Origin: Octopus sinensis
Lineage: Eukaryota
Length of the DNA: 64,000 bases
Direction of reading: 5' to 3'
Assembly (NCBI RefSeq): GCF_006345805.1
Contig: NC_042999.1
Coordinates: forward strand, 46,748,001-46,812,000
The notes below the pieces were generated by a model, which saw only the letters and a list, made by a program, of their open reading frames with translations, had not been told where the DNA came from and searched no databases. Of this stretch, positions 39,251 to 52,345 are shown piece after piece (the first letter of the stretch is position 1; each line of letters starts with the position of its first letter). The position numbers were made by a program, and so were the translations under genes.

Positions 39251-39956
39251 AAAAATTCTACATTTCTATGACTCAGAGGAAGAAATTCTGATTCTATATT
39301 TCGGATTCCCAAATAGAGTGATGTGTCTGCTTTGTTTGCCTCTTACGGTTGAGAAATCCACGATTCATGAGTTTCTAGGAACGCACAGCATAAAGGTATG
39401 GAGTTAGTGTTAGACTTTTTCACGATTGTTTCAAAAGGACACCCGAAATCAAGGTTTAGGAGCACTACTCAAGAACATGTGCAGTAAATATGAAATATTT
39501 CGGCATAGTTTCTATCTACGTAATTTAACTTTATATTATTTGGGAAGATTGAAATTCGTGGTAAAAGTTATATGCTCAAGATTTCATGCATTGCAACTGA
39601 CTCAAAGACAACTTGATTGCCACCGAGTCTCTTAACAAAAAAGTATGGTTTCATTGAAACCTTAAAGTGTTTAGGTTGAAACGTGTCTGCATTATCGTGA
39701 TATACGGCTTGTTTTGGGAATTTCAATTGAGAACATATCTCTCGAGGTCTAAGTACAGGCGATTTGTTACAGAAATATTGATAGCTAATCGGAAAGAACG
39801 AATGAGAATTGATTCAAGTTGGGGAATTGCAATTTGTATATTGAAAACACAAAAGGCAAAACTGATGTCGGGGCGAAATGTACTCAGAAAGACAAAATGA
39901 TTAACGCAAAACAATCTATTTGACATTCTACGTGGAAACTCTGCAATTTTTTTACA

Positions 39957-40118
39957 TAGGCGTAGGAGTAGCTGTGTGGTAAGTATCTTTCTTACCAAAT
40001 ACATGGTTCCGAGTTCAGTCCCACTGCGTGACACCTTGGGAAAGTGTCTTCCACTATAGCCTCGGGCCGACCAAAGACTTCTGAGTGGATTTGGTAGACG
40101 GAAACTGAAAGAAGCCCG

Positions 40119-40186
<68 letters not shown>

Positions 40187-40423
40187 TATATGATATATAT
40201 ATATATGTATGTATGTATGTATCTGTTTGTATGTGTCTGTCTGTCTGTGTTTGTCCCCCTTCCCGCCAACATCGCTTGACAACCGATGCTGGTGCGTTTA
40301 CGTCCCCGTAACTTAGCGGTTCAGCAAAATAGACCGATAGAATAAGTTCTGGGGTCGATTTGCTCGACTAAAGGCGGTGCTCTAGCATCGCCACAGTCAA
40401 ATGATTGAAACAAGTAAAAGAGT
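39957..40423 (+). mobile_element. SINE family A
   Basis: Same head, body and tail as 51904-52345, with an internal (AT)n. Confidence 0.9.
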
Positions 40424-40672
40424 ATATTCTGTCTTATGCCTCACTTTTGATAGTGACGTTATTTACATACATCACGCTACATTCTGATTTCGAGTTGAAT
40501 ATATATGAAGTTTTGTTGTGAGTATAACGATGACGACATTTATTATCTAAATTATAATGACTGAAGAAATGCGGGACTATGTCCAGTTTATTTTTTTTTA
40601 CCCCACATTATCAAAAAGTCATATTACTTTGAAGAAATTATAAATGAATATTAAAAAAATTTAAGCTATCAA

Positions 40673-40806
40673 AAGAGACCGATAGAATAAATACTAGGCT
40701 TACAAATAATAAGTCCTGGGGTCGATTTGCCCGACTAAAAGGCGGTACTCCAGCATGGCCACGGTCACATGACTGAAACAAGTAAAAGAATAAAAGGTTA
40801 AAGAGT
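40673..40806 (+). mobile_element. SINE family A, 3' part only
   Basis: GACCGATAGAATAA..GGCGGTACTCCAGCATGGCCAC..GAAACAAGTAAAAGA. Confidence 0.85.
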
Positions 40807-40830
40807 ATCAAGTTTATTTGTATATTAACC

Positions 40831-41224
40831 GGAGGCACAATGGCCCAGTGTTTAGGGCAGCGGACTCGCGGTTGGAGGATCGCGGTTTCGATTCCCAGAC
40901 CGGGCATTGTGAGTGTTTTATTGAGCGAAAACACCTAAAAGCTCCACGAGGCTCCGGCAGGGGGTGGTGGTGGTGAACCCTGCTGTACTCTTTCACCACA
41001 ACTTTCTCTCGCTCTTTCTTCCTGTTTCTCTTGTACCTGTATTTCAAAGGGCCAGCCTTGTCACTCTCTGTGTCACGCTGAATATCCACGAGAACTACGT
41101 TAAGGGTACACGTGTCTGTGGAGTGCTCAGCCACTTGCACGTTAATATCACGAGCAAGCTGTCCCGTTGATCGTATCAGCTGGGACCCTCATCGTCGCAA
41201 CCGACGGAGTGCTCCTGCTACTAC
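40831..41224 (+). mobile_element. Full-length tRNA-derived SINE (family C) with a 12-bp TSD
   Basis: A-box-like TGGCCCAGTGTT, B-box-like GGTTTCGATTCC, (CTA)n tail. Perfect TSD TGTATATTAACC at 40819-40830 and 41225-41236. Confidence 0.88.
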
Positions 41225-42083
41225 TGTATATTAACCATAAGTTATAATGCTTAGTATTATAAGAATCACTTCCGTTTTAAATGTCAACTTCCATTTGAAT
41301 TCCATATGTAAACAAATAGTTTTACTTCGCGTTCGTAAAACATGTAATAAAGCGAAAAAGAAAAGAAACCCAAGAAAACAAGTGACTAAAATAATTTTAA
41401 AAGTATTACGTAGTGCAAAAACAATAACACCCATCTAATAGAATTAAGTTGTCAAATTGTATTAGCCTGCGGTCATTCCGAGGTACCTACTTGAAATTAT
41501 TTAGTCAATAATATCATCTCCCAACACAATTCTTTGCATGGGGTCTGATGTATGTTGCATTATCAAGAGCGTCAAGAAAAGAATATATAAAAATATTAAC
41601 CGAGATAAATGGAAAGGGGCCATTTGGTGACAGTTGTGTCTGCAAAAATATTCTTCAGTAATGTGAGACATTCATTATTTTCTTTTAATTGAAATGTACT
41701 GAAATTTCATTTTAATTGCTATAAAAGGGACACCAGAAACACTTAAGGCGACTATAAGTGAATATAATGAAACAATAATATAGCAAAACTCAACTCTTCA
41801 TATTGGTAAATGTAAGTGATTAATTCCCACCAGAGAATCTTTATTCAAATTCACTCAAGTGAAGATTCATGAACATTTTCCCTTGACAGTCTCATCTCTT
41901 TTGCAATTTTCATTATCGTCTTTTTAAATGCATCACAGATTATTTTACTGATTACAGAATGAACTACAACTGAGTCCTTGTTCAATTCATGAGCATATTG
42001 TCAATTTACTCTATAATTTATGTGTAATATCTATATGTATATATAATATCAATATGCGCAACACATATATTATTATTATTATT

Positions 42084-42203
42084 GAGTGAGAGAGCAGTGC
42101 ATGCCATCAAAGTGACACTGGGGTAAAATACACGAAGCCCAGTATACCCATGATGACTACCCGTCTGATAAGGGTATATTAAGCACATGCATTACAACCA
42201 TAT
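42084..42203 (-). mobile_element. Short retroposon 3' end ('family D'), flanked by (AAT)n on both sides
   Basis: Matches the reverse complement of 57040-57159. (ATT)n at 42069-42083 and 42204-42224. Confidence 0.75.
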
Positions 42204-42224
42204 ATTATTATTATTATTATTATT

Positions 42225-45200
42225 CAGTAGTTTTATTTTTATAGCGTGCTTTCACTTCACTACCGAGCGCAGCTCTGTGTGCCTTGGGTATGTGCTGTGA
42301 TTTGTTGTGATGCTCTGATGGTTATTGTATGGAAAGTGTTCTGCGTAGGATGTGTGCAGTGCCTAGTAGTGCAATTTTCTGTATGTTATATGTGTTTGTA
42401 AGTCCTGGTGTTTTTGTTATGTATTTGTCTGAATATCTTTTTATCATGCCTAATGCACCTACTATGATAGGAATTGTTCTGCTTTCAGATTCCACATTCT
42501 AGTTACCTCTATTTCCAGGTCTTTGTATTTTGAGAGTTTCTCCATTTCTTTTAGAGACACGTTGTCATCTGCCGGTATTGATACATCAATTAGAAAGCAT
42601 TTTTTTCTTCATGATCTCTGAAAACTATATCTGGTCTGTTGGCCTTAATTTCTCTATCTGTGTGTATCGGCATATCCCAGAGTATGTTGCTTTCTCGTTT
42701 TCTGTGACCTTTTCTGGTGTGTGCCTATACCATCTTTTTTCTGTTGTTATTCCATAATGTTGGCATAGCTTCCAATGTATGTAGGTTCCAACTCTGTCAT
42801 GTATGTGAATATATTCCTTCTTAGCCAGGACTGGGCAGCTAGAGATAATATGATTTATTGTTTCTTGTCCATCTCCACATATTCTGCAGTTACTTGTAAT
42901 ATTTCTTTTCATTACATGTTTTTGGTAATTTCTGGTGGGGAGGCTTTGGTCTTGTGCTGCAATTAAAAATCCCTCTGTTTCTGCTTTGAGTCCTGAGCTT
43001 CTCAACCATTGCTGGGATTTTTCTTTGTCTATTTCTTTTGCGTTTAGTTAGTGCAGTATTTACCATGAAGGGGCTTTTCTTGCCATCGTTTTATCATGGT
43101 TCGTTGCTGTTCTATTTTTAGTTTGGATTTCATTTGTTTTATAGCTTTTGTTGTTTCTTCATCATCTTCTTCTTCTTCTTCGTGTTTATTAGGTGGTATG
43201 ATTTCTTGTTTGTATTTGTCAGCTTCCTTAAATATTGAGAACAGTTTTTTGTTTTGCTCGTGTTTTGCTGCTATCTGGATCAGTTTTCCTTCCTTCTGAA
43301 GTAGGTATTTTTGCAGTCCTATGGTGGTTATTTTATAGTAGTTTTCCAGCTGTATAAGGCCTCTACCACCTTCTATACGTTGTATATATAGTCTTTCTAT
43401 GTCAGATTTTGGGTGATGCATCCTAGATCCTGTCAGTATTTTTCTTGTTTTCCTATCTATTTTGGACAGTTCATTTCGTGTCCAGTTAAGGATATTGTAG
43501 CTGTAACTTATAACTGGGACAGCTAAAGTGTTGATACCTATTATCTTGTTTTTAGCATTGAGCTCTGTTTTTAGTATTGATCTAACTCGTCTATAATATT
43601 CTTTTTTTATTTTCTCTTTCATTTGTGTGTGTTGTGTCTTATCTAGTTCATGGATTCCTAAGTATTTGTAAGTTTGGCTTTGGTCTAATTCTTTTATTTC
43701 ATTGGTTTTATCTAGTGTGATGTTGTTACTCTTAACTAGTTTTCCTCTTTTCATGGTTACTTTGGCGCATTTTTCTAATCCAAATTTCATATCTATTTCT
43801 TTGGTAAATCCATGAACTGTCTTTAATAGTGTTTCCAGCTGTTTGTCATTTGCAGCGTATAGTTTTAGGTCATCCATATATAAAAGGTGGTTGATCGTTT
43901 TGCCGTAACATTTATATCCGCATCCAGTTCTATTTAGCATATCAAATAGAGGTGACAGTGCCAAGCAGAAAAGGAGTGGAGAGAGCGTGTCTCCCTGGAA
44001 TATTCCTCTTCTAATGGGGATGTCTTTGGTTTTCATGAGTCCCTCTTTTGTTTGGAGGTGTAGGACTGTTTGCCATTTATTCATAGAGTGCTCTATGAAT
44101 TTTATGATTGTTGGTGCTACTTTGTTAATGGCTAGAGTTTCGAGGATCCATGTGTGGGGGATGCTATCAAATGCCTTTTTGTAGTCAATCCAGGCCATAC
44201 TGAGGCCTTTCTTCCTTCTGTGGCTGTCTTCAGTTACGGCTTTATTAATCATTAGTTGATCTTTACAGCCATATGAGCCTTTGCGGCATCCTTTCTGCTC
44301 TTCTGGGAACAGTTTGTTTTCGTCCAGGTGCTTGTTCAGCCTTTGCGATATCACTGCAGTAAATGCCTTGAACATAGTAGGGAGGCAGGTTATTGGTCTG
44401 TAGTTTTCTGGTTTTGCTGTTTCATTTGATTTGGGAATTAAGATGGTTTTCCCCTTCGTGAGCCATTCAGGCATTGTCTCTGGCTCTGCTAGTAAGCTGT
44501 TAAAATTTTCAGCCAGCTTTTTGTGCATTCCTGATAGATATTTCAACCAGAAGTTGGGGATCTTGTCATGCACAGGTGCCTTCCAGTTGCTTAGTTTTTG
44601 CAGTGTCTGGGTGACCTCTTCAGTTGTTATGGGGGTCCAAAGTTGTTCAGATGCCGAGTTTGTTATTTTGATACTCCTTTTTTTTGGCTGTTCTTTCGCC
44701 GACCATATTTCTCTCCAGAATTCTTCCAATTCTTCTGCCGTTGGTGCTGCAGTGACTTCTATTTTATTTTTGCCCAGTTCTTGGTAGAACTTTTTGGGGT
44801 TGGAGTTGAACTTTTTGTTCTGTTCAAAGAAGCGTTGGCGTTTCCCGTACCGGCGGATCCTTTGAGCTTTGGCAAGGATATCTTGCTTCAGCTTTTCTTT
44901 TATCTCCGGCAAATCTTTTTCTGTGATGTTATATTTGCGGAGCATTTTTGTTCTCTTTTTGTTGCTCAGTAGCGTTGATTGTTTGCTGATTTCATTAAGA
45001 ATCGACAGGTCTTTTCTAATTTTTTAAATTTTGTTTTGGATGTTATTTATCCACAGGGTTTGTTTGGGTGGTGGTACTCCTGTTTGGGCCGGTTTGGGTG
45101 AGTATCCAGCTTCTTTTGCGACTGCAGTGGCTGCTGCGTATATCAAGTCATTTAGTTCAGTGATATCATTTTTTTTTTGTTTCAGTGGCTAGTTCAGTGA

Positions 45201-46214
45201 CGGCTAGGTTTATGCTGTTTATAATTGGTGTTGTTATTGCGTTTATTTTTATTCTCGGGAGGTATGGTCGGTGGTCCATTTTGGGCTCTGTGGTTTTCAG
45301 TTCTTTGATTATTTTATTTTTTATATTATCATAATCATTAGGCTCCCCTTCGTTGTTTACATCGTGTTTGTTGGGAATGTTGCGTTTGTCTTTGTGTTTT
45401 ACAGTTTCAGTGTTTATATTATTGGGCATTGTTGTGTGGCTTCTATCTACATTTTCCTGGTTTATTTTTTCTTTTAAATGTTCTATTTCTATTTCTGATA
45501 TTTTTTTGGCTTTGAGAATGTATCTTCGTACGTTAGCTAATTTATTAGGGTTCATTGTTGTATCCAAGTCTATATCTCTATTATTTTCCTTCCATATTTT
45601 ATATGTATGTGTTGTTGTATTTTCATTTTTTGGGTAGAGCATTGCTGTGAAGTATGCGTGTAAGATAGAAATGTATTCCTCACATGTCCATTTACGTATT
45701 TTGGGTTTTAATTGCGGGACATGAGGTACAACGTCCGGCCCATTATTTTGACAGTCGTCATTTTCGTAGGGTACCGGTCCGTTTATTTCTGTTGTCACAT
45801 TATTTCGCACGTGTAGTTTTTCGTACATTTTTTGTTGTAAGTTTAATGTACGTACCGCTCGATTGTTATTCTTGGGTTGAATAGTATCGGTGGCATTTAA
45901 TTTCTTCGTAGTTCCTTTGTACATGGTGTTTGAGGTCGGGGATGATCGTGATGTTCCACGCATGTTTACATGTGTTGTGTTAGAGGTGGAGATAATATCG
46001 AGTCAAAATACATCATTTCGTTTCGAAAATAGTAATAAATTTCAATTAGTATTACTTACTCGGATACAGTCCAATTCTTTGTTAGTAAATCTTTGGCTCC
46101 ATAGGATGTCCTTGTTTTCGATGTTTGTGGCTAGATTTCGGAGCTCTGTATTTTCCTTCTTACATCTGAAACGTCCCCGGTGTTCTCCCGTCCCCGGTGT
46201 TCTCCCGTCCCCGG

Positions 46215-46216
<2 letters not shown>
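42225..46216 (-). mobile_element. Full-length R4/Dong-clade non-LTR retrotransposon (RLE type), ~4.0 kb, inserted in a (TAA)n microsatellite
   Basis: One ancestral ORF now in pieces: N-terminal region (RKWTCEEY..LANVRRYI), RT (IDYKKAFDSIPH, GIFQGDTLSPLLFCLAL, LYMDDLKLYA, YKYLG), CX2CX8HX4C knuckle (CRICGDGQETINHIISSC) and RLE motif (RPDIV..IDVSIP..KEMEKLSKY). 3' UTR of ~97 nt. (ATT)n at 42204-42224 and 46217-46254 directly abut both ends. Confidence 0.93.
42322..45963 (-). pseudogene. Disrupted RT-RLE polyprotein of the R4/Dong-like element
   Basis: Track ORFs 45166-45963, 43044-44945 (633 aa) and 42625-43005 join into one frame. This requires correcting a +1 in the T10 run (45169-45178), a TAA near 45025, and 1-nt deletions near 43046, 42690 and the T7 run at ~42600. 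Terminal stop at 42322-42324 (..AHILRRTLSIQ*). Confidence 0.88.
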
Positions 46217-46254
<38 letters not shown>

Positions 46255-47245
46255 TGACTTTGGCTTGAAATTCCCACTTCATTTTGTTTCTGTAAATCAT
46301 CTGATATCGTAGTCGCTTTCATGATTTCTGAAGTCATTTATATAGAAAAGAGAGAAAGAAGCGGACCGTAAATGCATAACTGCAAAATGTGATCTTTTTC
46401 CCTCCCATCGTCAATAATTTTGTCATAAACAGGAGGAAGTATTTCCAACACAGTTTGCAAGAACAGCAAAAATGACACTATCAGCATAAACGACGCCAGT
46501 TGCAAATTTAACGAAAACACCAACAAAGAACCCCTGTAGCATTTCAGCAACAATTTTGTCGAAGATCAATCACTCAAACACTACCATTACCGCTAATGTT
46601 CACGTTGTTATCTGTTAAAACATCTCTGAGAAAGGCTTAACGACCACGCTTTTTATGAACCTAGATCCGCTTTCGTCATCCACAATAGGTTACACCCTTG
46701 GCGCAATTTGCTGAAAGTAATATTGTACACATCATTAACAATGTTGTGACAGCATTTGGTTGAAGGGACAGTGAAACAGCGATACAAACGATCTTCCCGG
46801 TCTGTTATAATAGATAGTGGAGGCTGGATGTAACACGCTCAAAGGCAGTGAAATTAAGGACATCTTACACTATCTGAGTCTGCTGGCCTGACTATGAACA
46901 AGGTTAACAAGTTAAGGACATTGCATTTAACACTTTTGTTACCAACCCGGTAACACCCTAGATTTTAGTGACAAATATATGGAAGAACGGACATTTAAGG
47001 TCTTGGAAAGGGCTGGCTAAAGTGTTCGTGGGAGGGATTTTATCATATTACTCAATTCCCCAACTACAATTGGAATATTCGCTTGCTGATGTATTTTTAA
47101 CTCGTGTGTTTGTGATTTCGTTGTGCCTTAGATTCCGATGTAAAATTCCTGTATATTTTAATATTCATGTACTACTACCAGGAACAGTGGTGATTGAGGG
47201 TCATGAAAAAGCTATGCTCGTCCTCAATGTCACCATAAGAACCTC

Positions 47246-47306
<61 letters not shown>

Positions 47307-47309
<3 letters not shown>

Positions 47310-47626
47310 TAGTTTTATTTTTATAGCGTGCTTTCACTTCACTACCGAGCGCAGCTCTGTGTGCCTTGGGTATGTGCTGTGATTTGTTGTGATGCTCTGA
47401 TGGTTATTGTATGGAAAATGTTCTGCGTAGGATGTGTGCAGTGCCTAGTAGTGCAATTTTCTGTATGTTATATGTGTTTGTAAGTCCTGGTGTTTTTGTT
47501 ATGTATTTGTCTGAATATTTTTTTATCATGCCTAATGCATCTACTATGATAGGAATTGTTTCTGTTTTCAGATTCCACATTCTAGTTACCTCTATTTCCA
47601 AGTCTTTGTATTTTGAGAGTTTCTCC
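47307..47626 (-). mobile_element. 5'-truncated copy (320 bp) of the same R4/Dong-like element
   Basis: Near-identical to 42225-42545 with only a handful of substitutions. Encodes the RLE C-terminus (EIEVTRMWNLKTETIPIIV..). (ATT)n on both sides (47247-47306, 47627-47690). Confidence 0.92.
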
Positions 47627-47690
<64 letters not shown>

Positions 47691-48060
47691 TCATGTCTGA
47701 CCTTTGATTTGTAATTTTACAAGTTGACTCAAAGTGTCACCCAGAGACCTCAAGAGACAACAAGTTAGAAGCTCAATTTGGTGTTATGACTAGAAAGCCA
47801 TGTATTTGGTTTTGCACATAGTATTGTTGCACAGAATGTTTAAGAAAACCAAAAAAGTTATGTTTTTTTTTAAATTTGGGATTCCATACACAGTTTGTTA
47901 CGTAGGATATGGGCAGTTCCTTGGATCTCTTGGTATCTGAGGTAGGTAGGTAGGAATCTGACCCTTTTGCTATTATCCCTATAGCACCGATGACAACAGG
48001 TATTGTTTCAGTGTTGAAGTCCCACATTTTGCCGATTTCCATTACACAACCACATCTGCA
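47691..48060 (-). mobile_element. 3' remnant of a third RLE-type LINE family
   Basis: EIGKMWDFNTETIPVVIGAIGII resembles the RLE C-terminal motif. Its 3' UTR ends exactly at the (AAT)n array 47627-47690. Confidence 0.65.
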
Positions 48061-48163
48061 TATATATATATTCCATTGAATGTAAACCCGCACAATCTAT
48101 GTCTGTCTTTGTATTGTCCTCCTCATCCTTCGCCCTGCTGGTAAAGAAAATATATTATTATTA

Positions 48164-48211
<48 letters not shown>

Positions 48212-48294
48212 TATTATTATTATTATTATTAAGTAACAAAATAACGCTGGATTACGAAGCGAAACCCCAAATACCTAACACAACAACTGTTTTA

Positions 48295-48375
48295 TAAGCA
48301 TACACCAAGCACATGCATCACAACCATATATGCGCGTCATGGTGATCTCATATCCTGATAAACAGAGCATGACCT
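48295..48375 (-). mobile_element. Family D fragment
   Basis: CACCAAGCACATGCATCACAACCATAT..GGTGATCTCATATC..GATAAACAG is the reverse complement of ~56995-57068. Confidence 0.65.
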
Positions 48376-50817
48376 TGCAGGTAGGACTCTCACAATTTTC
48401 TCCAGGTCGTGTAGCTCTTCCTGTTCAAAGATTTCTTTTAAACCTGATTAAGAGCTGTTTAAGGTGATGAATGAAACATGTGTTTCCAGAAGTTAATTTG
48501 TCAAATACCCCCAAAATTCCTCTCAACACACGGCTGCGATGCGTGACCCCTACGTTTGCTCATGATCAGAGATGCACATATGTCAGCTCGTCAGCCACTA
48601 AGGAACATGTTCAAGCAACTCAAGCAAATCAATGGTATTTAGCAGAATATTTGCTGTCGCCCATTTTTTACAGCAAAGCAAAATCATGTACATGATAACA
48701 CCTCCAATGACTTAAGACTAAATGTCATGAGATTCGCTCCCTCGCATTGCATCGAGGCATTTATTATTATTATTATTAATCATTTTCCACTGTGTGAACT
48801 ATTTGCTGTTATGATTTCTTGGTTAAGACTTTCAGATGTTTTGAAAGATACATTTGCTTCATAATTGAGTACACTATATCATTTTCTCCATCCCCGAGTA
48901 GAGAATTTAACATAGGATCTTATTATTAGGTATCCTTTTGTGGAGCTTCATGCATGCGTGTGGGATTATCCGTTGAAACATACATTCATGGATTTCTAAA
49001 TACTTTCATCTATATCTTAGTACATGTGTTAGAGACTCCTTTGTATAAATCTGATGTGTTTTCATATGTAGATTTTCTTCTCTTCATTACTAAGTATTGA
49101 GGTGAAGTTACATTTCCGTTCTTATATATAAATATATATTTCTTTGATTACTTTATTCCGACCTCTGCAAAAATCATCTTTATTTCGAATTTTTATTTCT
49201 TTTTTGTGTCTGTTCATCTTTCGATTTAGATCATTGTGGCGTTTGTACTTAAACTCGTTGTTTGTCTCAGAACATATATTTTGCATGTGTGGTAGATGAT
49301 TTCGTTCTTCTTTTCCTTCTCTTATTGAGAATGTGTTTGCGTGGTGCGATAATGATACGATGCATTTATACGTTTTGGGGAACTTATCTAGTGTGTGTCG
49401 TTTCAGCTACCTTGCACATTGTATTATGTTTAATGTATTTTTGATAAGTTTATTTATTTCTCTTTCAGATATTTCTTTTAGGTTTATCATGAACTTCGAT
49501 ACATTAACTATTGCCTTTTGAGATATTTTACACCTTGCGTCTTCGTGTACATTTCTCCGTGACTTTTATAACTATTTTATGATGTTTTTCGAGAGCGGTG
49601 CCGCGTAGAATGGAGAATTAGTATTCATAGGTATAGCGTTCTCATTTAAGAGTGGCTTTACTATACAAACAGTACGTGGCTGTTCCTTTTGATGAAGATA
49701 TTTTGAGAAGTGAATGTTTCTGAAGCAATTGTTGTATAGATTTCGAACCATACTTGTATTAAACACCCACGATTACATTTATCCTAAACCATGAGTCATA
49801 GAATACTATGTTTGTCACTGTTTCAAATGTTACATTAGTTTCGCAGCCTGTTTGAATTAAACTCACACTATGACATTTATCGTACGCCATCACCCAGGGG
49901 TTATTACATTTGTTGCTGCTTGGTTTATGAAAGGAAATAATTAATCTGTTTTCAAATAGTATTGGCTATTACTTTAACTTGGCTCATATCAATTTGCTTC
50001 TGTCCCATTGCGTACTAGTTCATTATTTTCATACACGTAAATTATTTCAACAAGGTATTTTGTGTATATGATTCACAGCTAGGATATAAGAGATAATATT
50101 ACGTAAGCAAATCTGTATAACATTATTTTCTACGGTTTTCGTTTTATATATTTAAGTTCTTCTTCGAGTTAATGATGTTGTTAAATTTATTTTATAGAAC
50201 GCTACATTTCTACGTTCACATAGCTATTCATAAAAATTAATCAGTAAAATAATAATCCGACTCCTTACTTTCCTTCTTCTCCGCCCACTCCATATCATTA
50301 TCTTTCTTACTCTTCTGTTTCTCCATCTCCTCCCATTCCTCATTATCATTTCACTTTCACCGCAATCATTATATGAAGTTTGCACTGGTAGCAACGTGTG
50401 ATTGATAGCACTATACAACAACTCAGTTTGTTTATCTACATTAAAGTGTAACCTTACAATATCAGTTGTAATTAAATATCAAATTAAATAATAACCACAG
50501 TATTAATTAAATCGTAATCGTATTAATATCTGGAAAACAAAATTTAATTATTTTAAATAAGATTGAAGTCGTTAAAAATATATTCGTATAACATTATGAG
50601 AATTATATAGTTTACTCTTGATAAAAAAACAGTTTATAATGTTTACTGTTAACATACCATAAATAGTAATTGAATATAATTTGTGGCTATCTATTTCATA
50701 GAAATAATGCTGCAAAATTAATTAAATTTCGTGTATATTCATAGCACTTATTCGGAATATCCAAGCTTGATAGCCGAAAATAGGGAAGAAATCATTATAT
50801 CTATACACACCCCTCTC

Positions 50818-51185
50818 GCTCTTTACTGTTTTACTCTTTTACTTGTTTCAGTCATTTGACTGTGGCCATGCTGGAGCACCGCGTTTAGTCGAGCAAATCG
50901 ACCCCAAGACTTATTCTTTGTAAGCCTAGTACTTATTCTACCGATGTTGGGGGGACAAACACAGATACACAATGCATATACACACACGATACGCACACAC
51001 ACACACGCACACACACACATATATATATGCATATATACGACGGGCTTCTTGCAGTTTCCGTCTACCAAATCTACTCACAAGGCTTTGGTCGGCCCGAGGC
51101 TATAGTAGAAGGCACTTGCCCAAGGTGCCACGCAGTGGGACTGAACTCGGAACCATGTGGTTGGTAAACAATCTACTTACCACAC
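50818..51185 (-). mobile_element. SINE family A (internal deletion)
   Basis: Reverse complement of the family A consensus. Confidence 0.88.
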
Positions 51186-51903
51186 GAATTAACTCGAAGA
51201 ACATGCGATTGAATGAATCCTTTCCTCTAAAGACCAAGCAGAGCTCATCTAATGCGCTTTGGTAAATTATTATCCATCTAATTTCAGCGATGAAACCTGG
51301 ATTGACCCACGGGTATAGTAGAAAATACTTGCCCAATGTGCAGTGCTTTGAATAGAATCTGGAAGCGCGTAGTTGTAAGGCGATCTATTCTGTTCCCATA
51401 TTTAAAAACAATATTGCTATTTGTCCTAAAGGGAATCTATCCATAGTCACTCGACCTGATAGAAGAGGCAGCGATATCTTCTTACTCTATTAACAATGCA
51501 CACAAGATAACTTGTTATGTAGAATATGCCTGGAGAAATTGTAGGATGGTTATGTCTGTGGTAATTCTCATCAAAAGTCTGTACTAGCAGAGCTGAGATG
51601 AAGGAAAATTATAACAAAACTAAGTGAAAAAAAAAAAAAGCAAACAATTGTAGACACCACTACGTCCTCTTTTAATCATCTCGAAAAGGCGAGCACAGTT
51701 TGGTTAAAGCATTCATCTTTGAGGAATCCAGTGGAAAATATTGACTGCAATGCACATGCTGGTATAGCAATCTGTCGTATGCATGTAAGCATACGCGCGC
51801 GTGTTTGATTAAATAGGCTTTGATTAAATAGGCTTTGATGCATATCACTATTATTGTCTTAACACAGCAGTTGTTGATTGCTAAAAATTTTACATATAAT
51901 CAA

Positions 51904-52345
51904 TAGGTGTAGGAGTGGCTGTGCAGTAAGCGATAGGCGTAGGAGTGGCCGTGAGGTAAGTAGCTTACTTACCAGCCACATGGTTCCGGGTTCAGTCCCA
52001 CTGCGTAGCATCTTGGGCAAGTGTCTTCTATTATAGCCTCGGGCCGCCCAAAGTGGATTTGGTAGACGAAAACTGAAAGAAACCCGTCGTATATATGTAT
52101 GTATAAATATATTTTGTATGTGTGTGTATATGTTTGTGTGTCTGTGTTTGTCTCTCCCAGCATCGCTTGACAGCCGATACTGATGTGTTTACGTCCCCGT
52201 CACTTAGCGGTTCGACAAAACAGACCGATAGAATAAGTACTAGGCTTACAAAGAATAAGTCCTGTGGTCGATTTGCTCGACTAAAGGCGGTGCTCCAGCA
52301 TGGCCACAGTCAAATGACTGAAACAAGTAAAAGAGTAAAAGAGTA
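51904..52345 (+). mobile_element. tRNA-derived SINE family A, full length, with duplicated 5' head
   Basis: A-box TGGC(T/C)GTG.GG, B-box GGTTCAGTCC, internal (TA)/(TG) microsatellite, (AAAGAGT)n tail. The first 30 nt are tandemly duplicated. Confidence 0.9.

Noticed and set aside
45964-46171. HDV-like ribozyme in the 5' UTR of the Dong-like element
   Set aside because: A GCTCC/GGAGC pairing exists, but I could not build P1.1, P2, P3 or J4/2. An RNArobo-type search would be needed.
51934-52010. tRNA-like sequences with A/B boxes
   Set aside because: These are SINE heads; no complete cloverleaf or acceptor stem, and they continue into SINE bodies.
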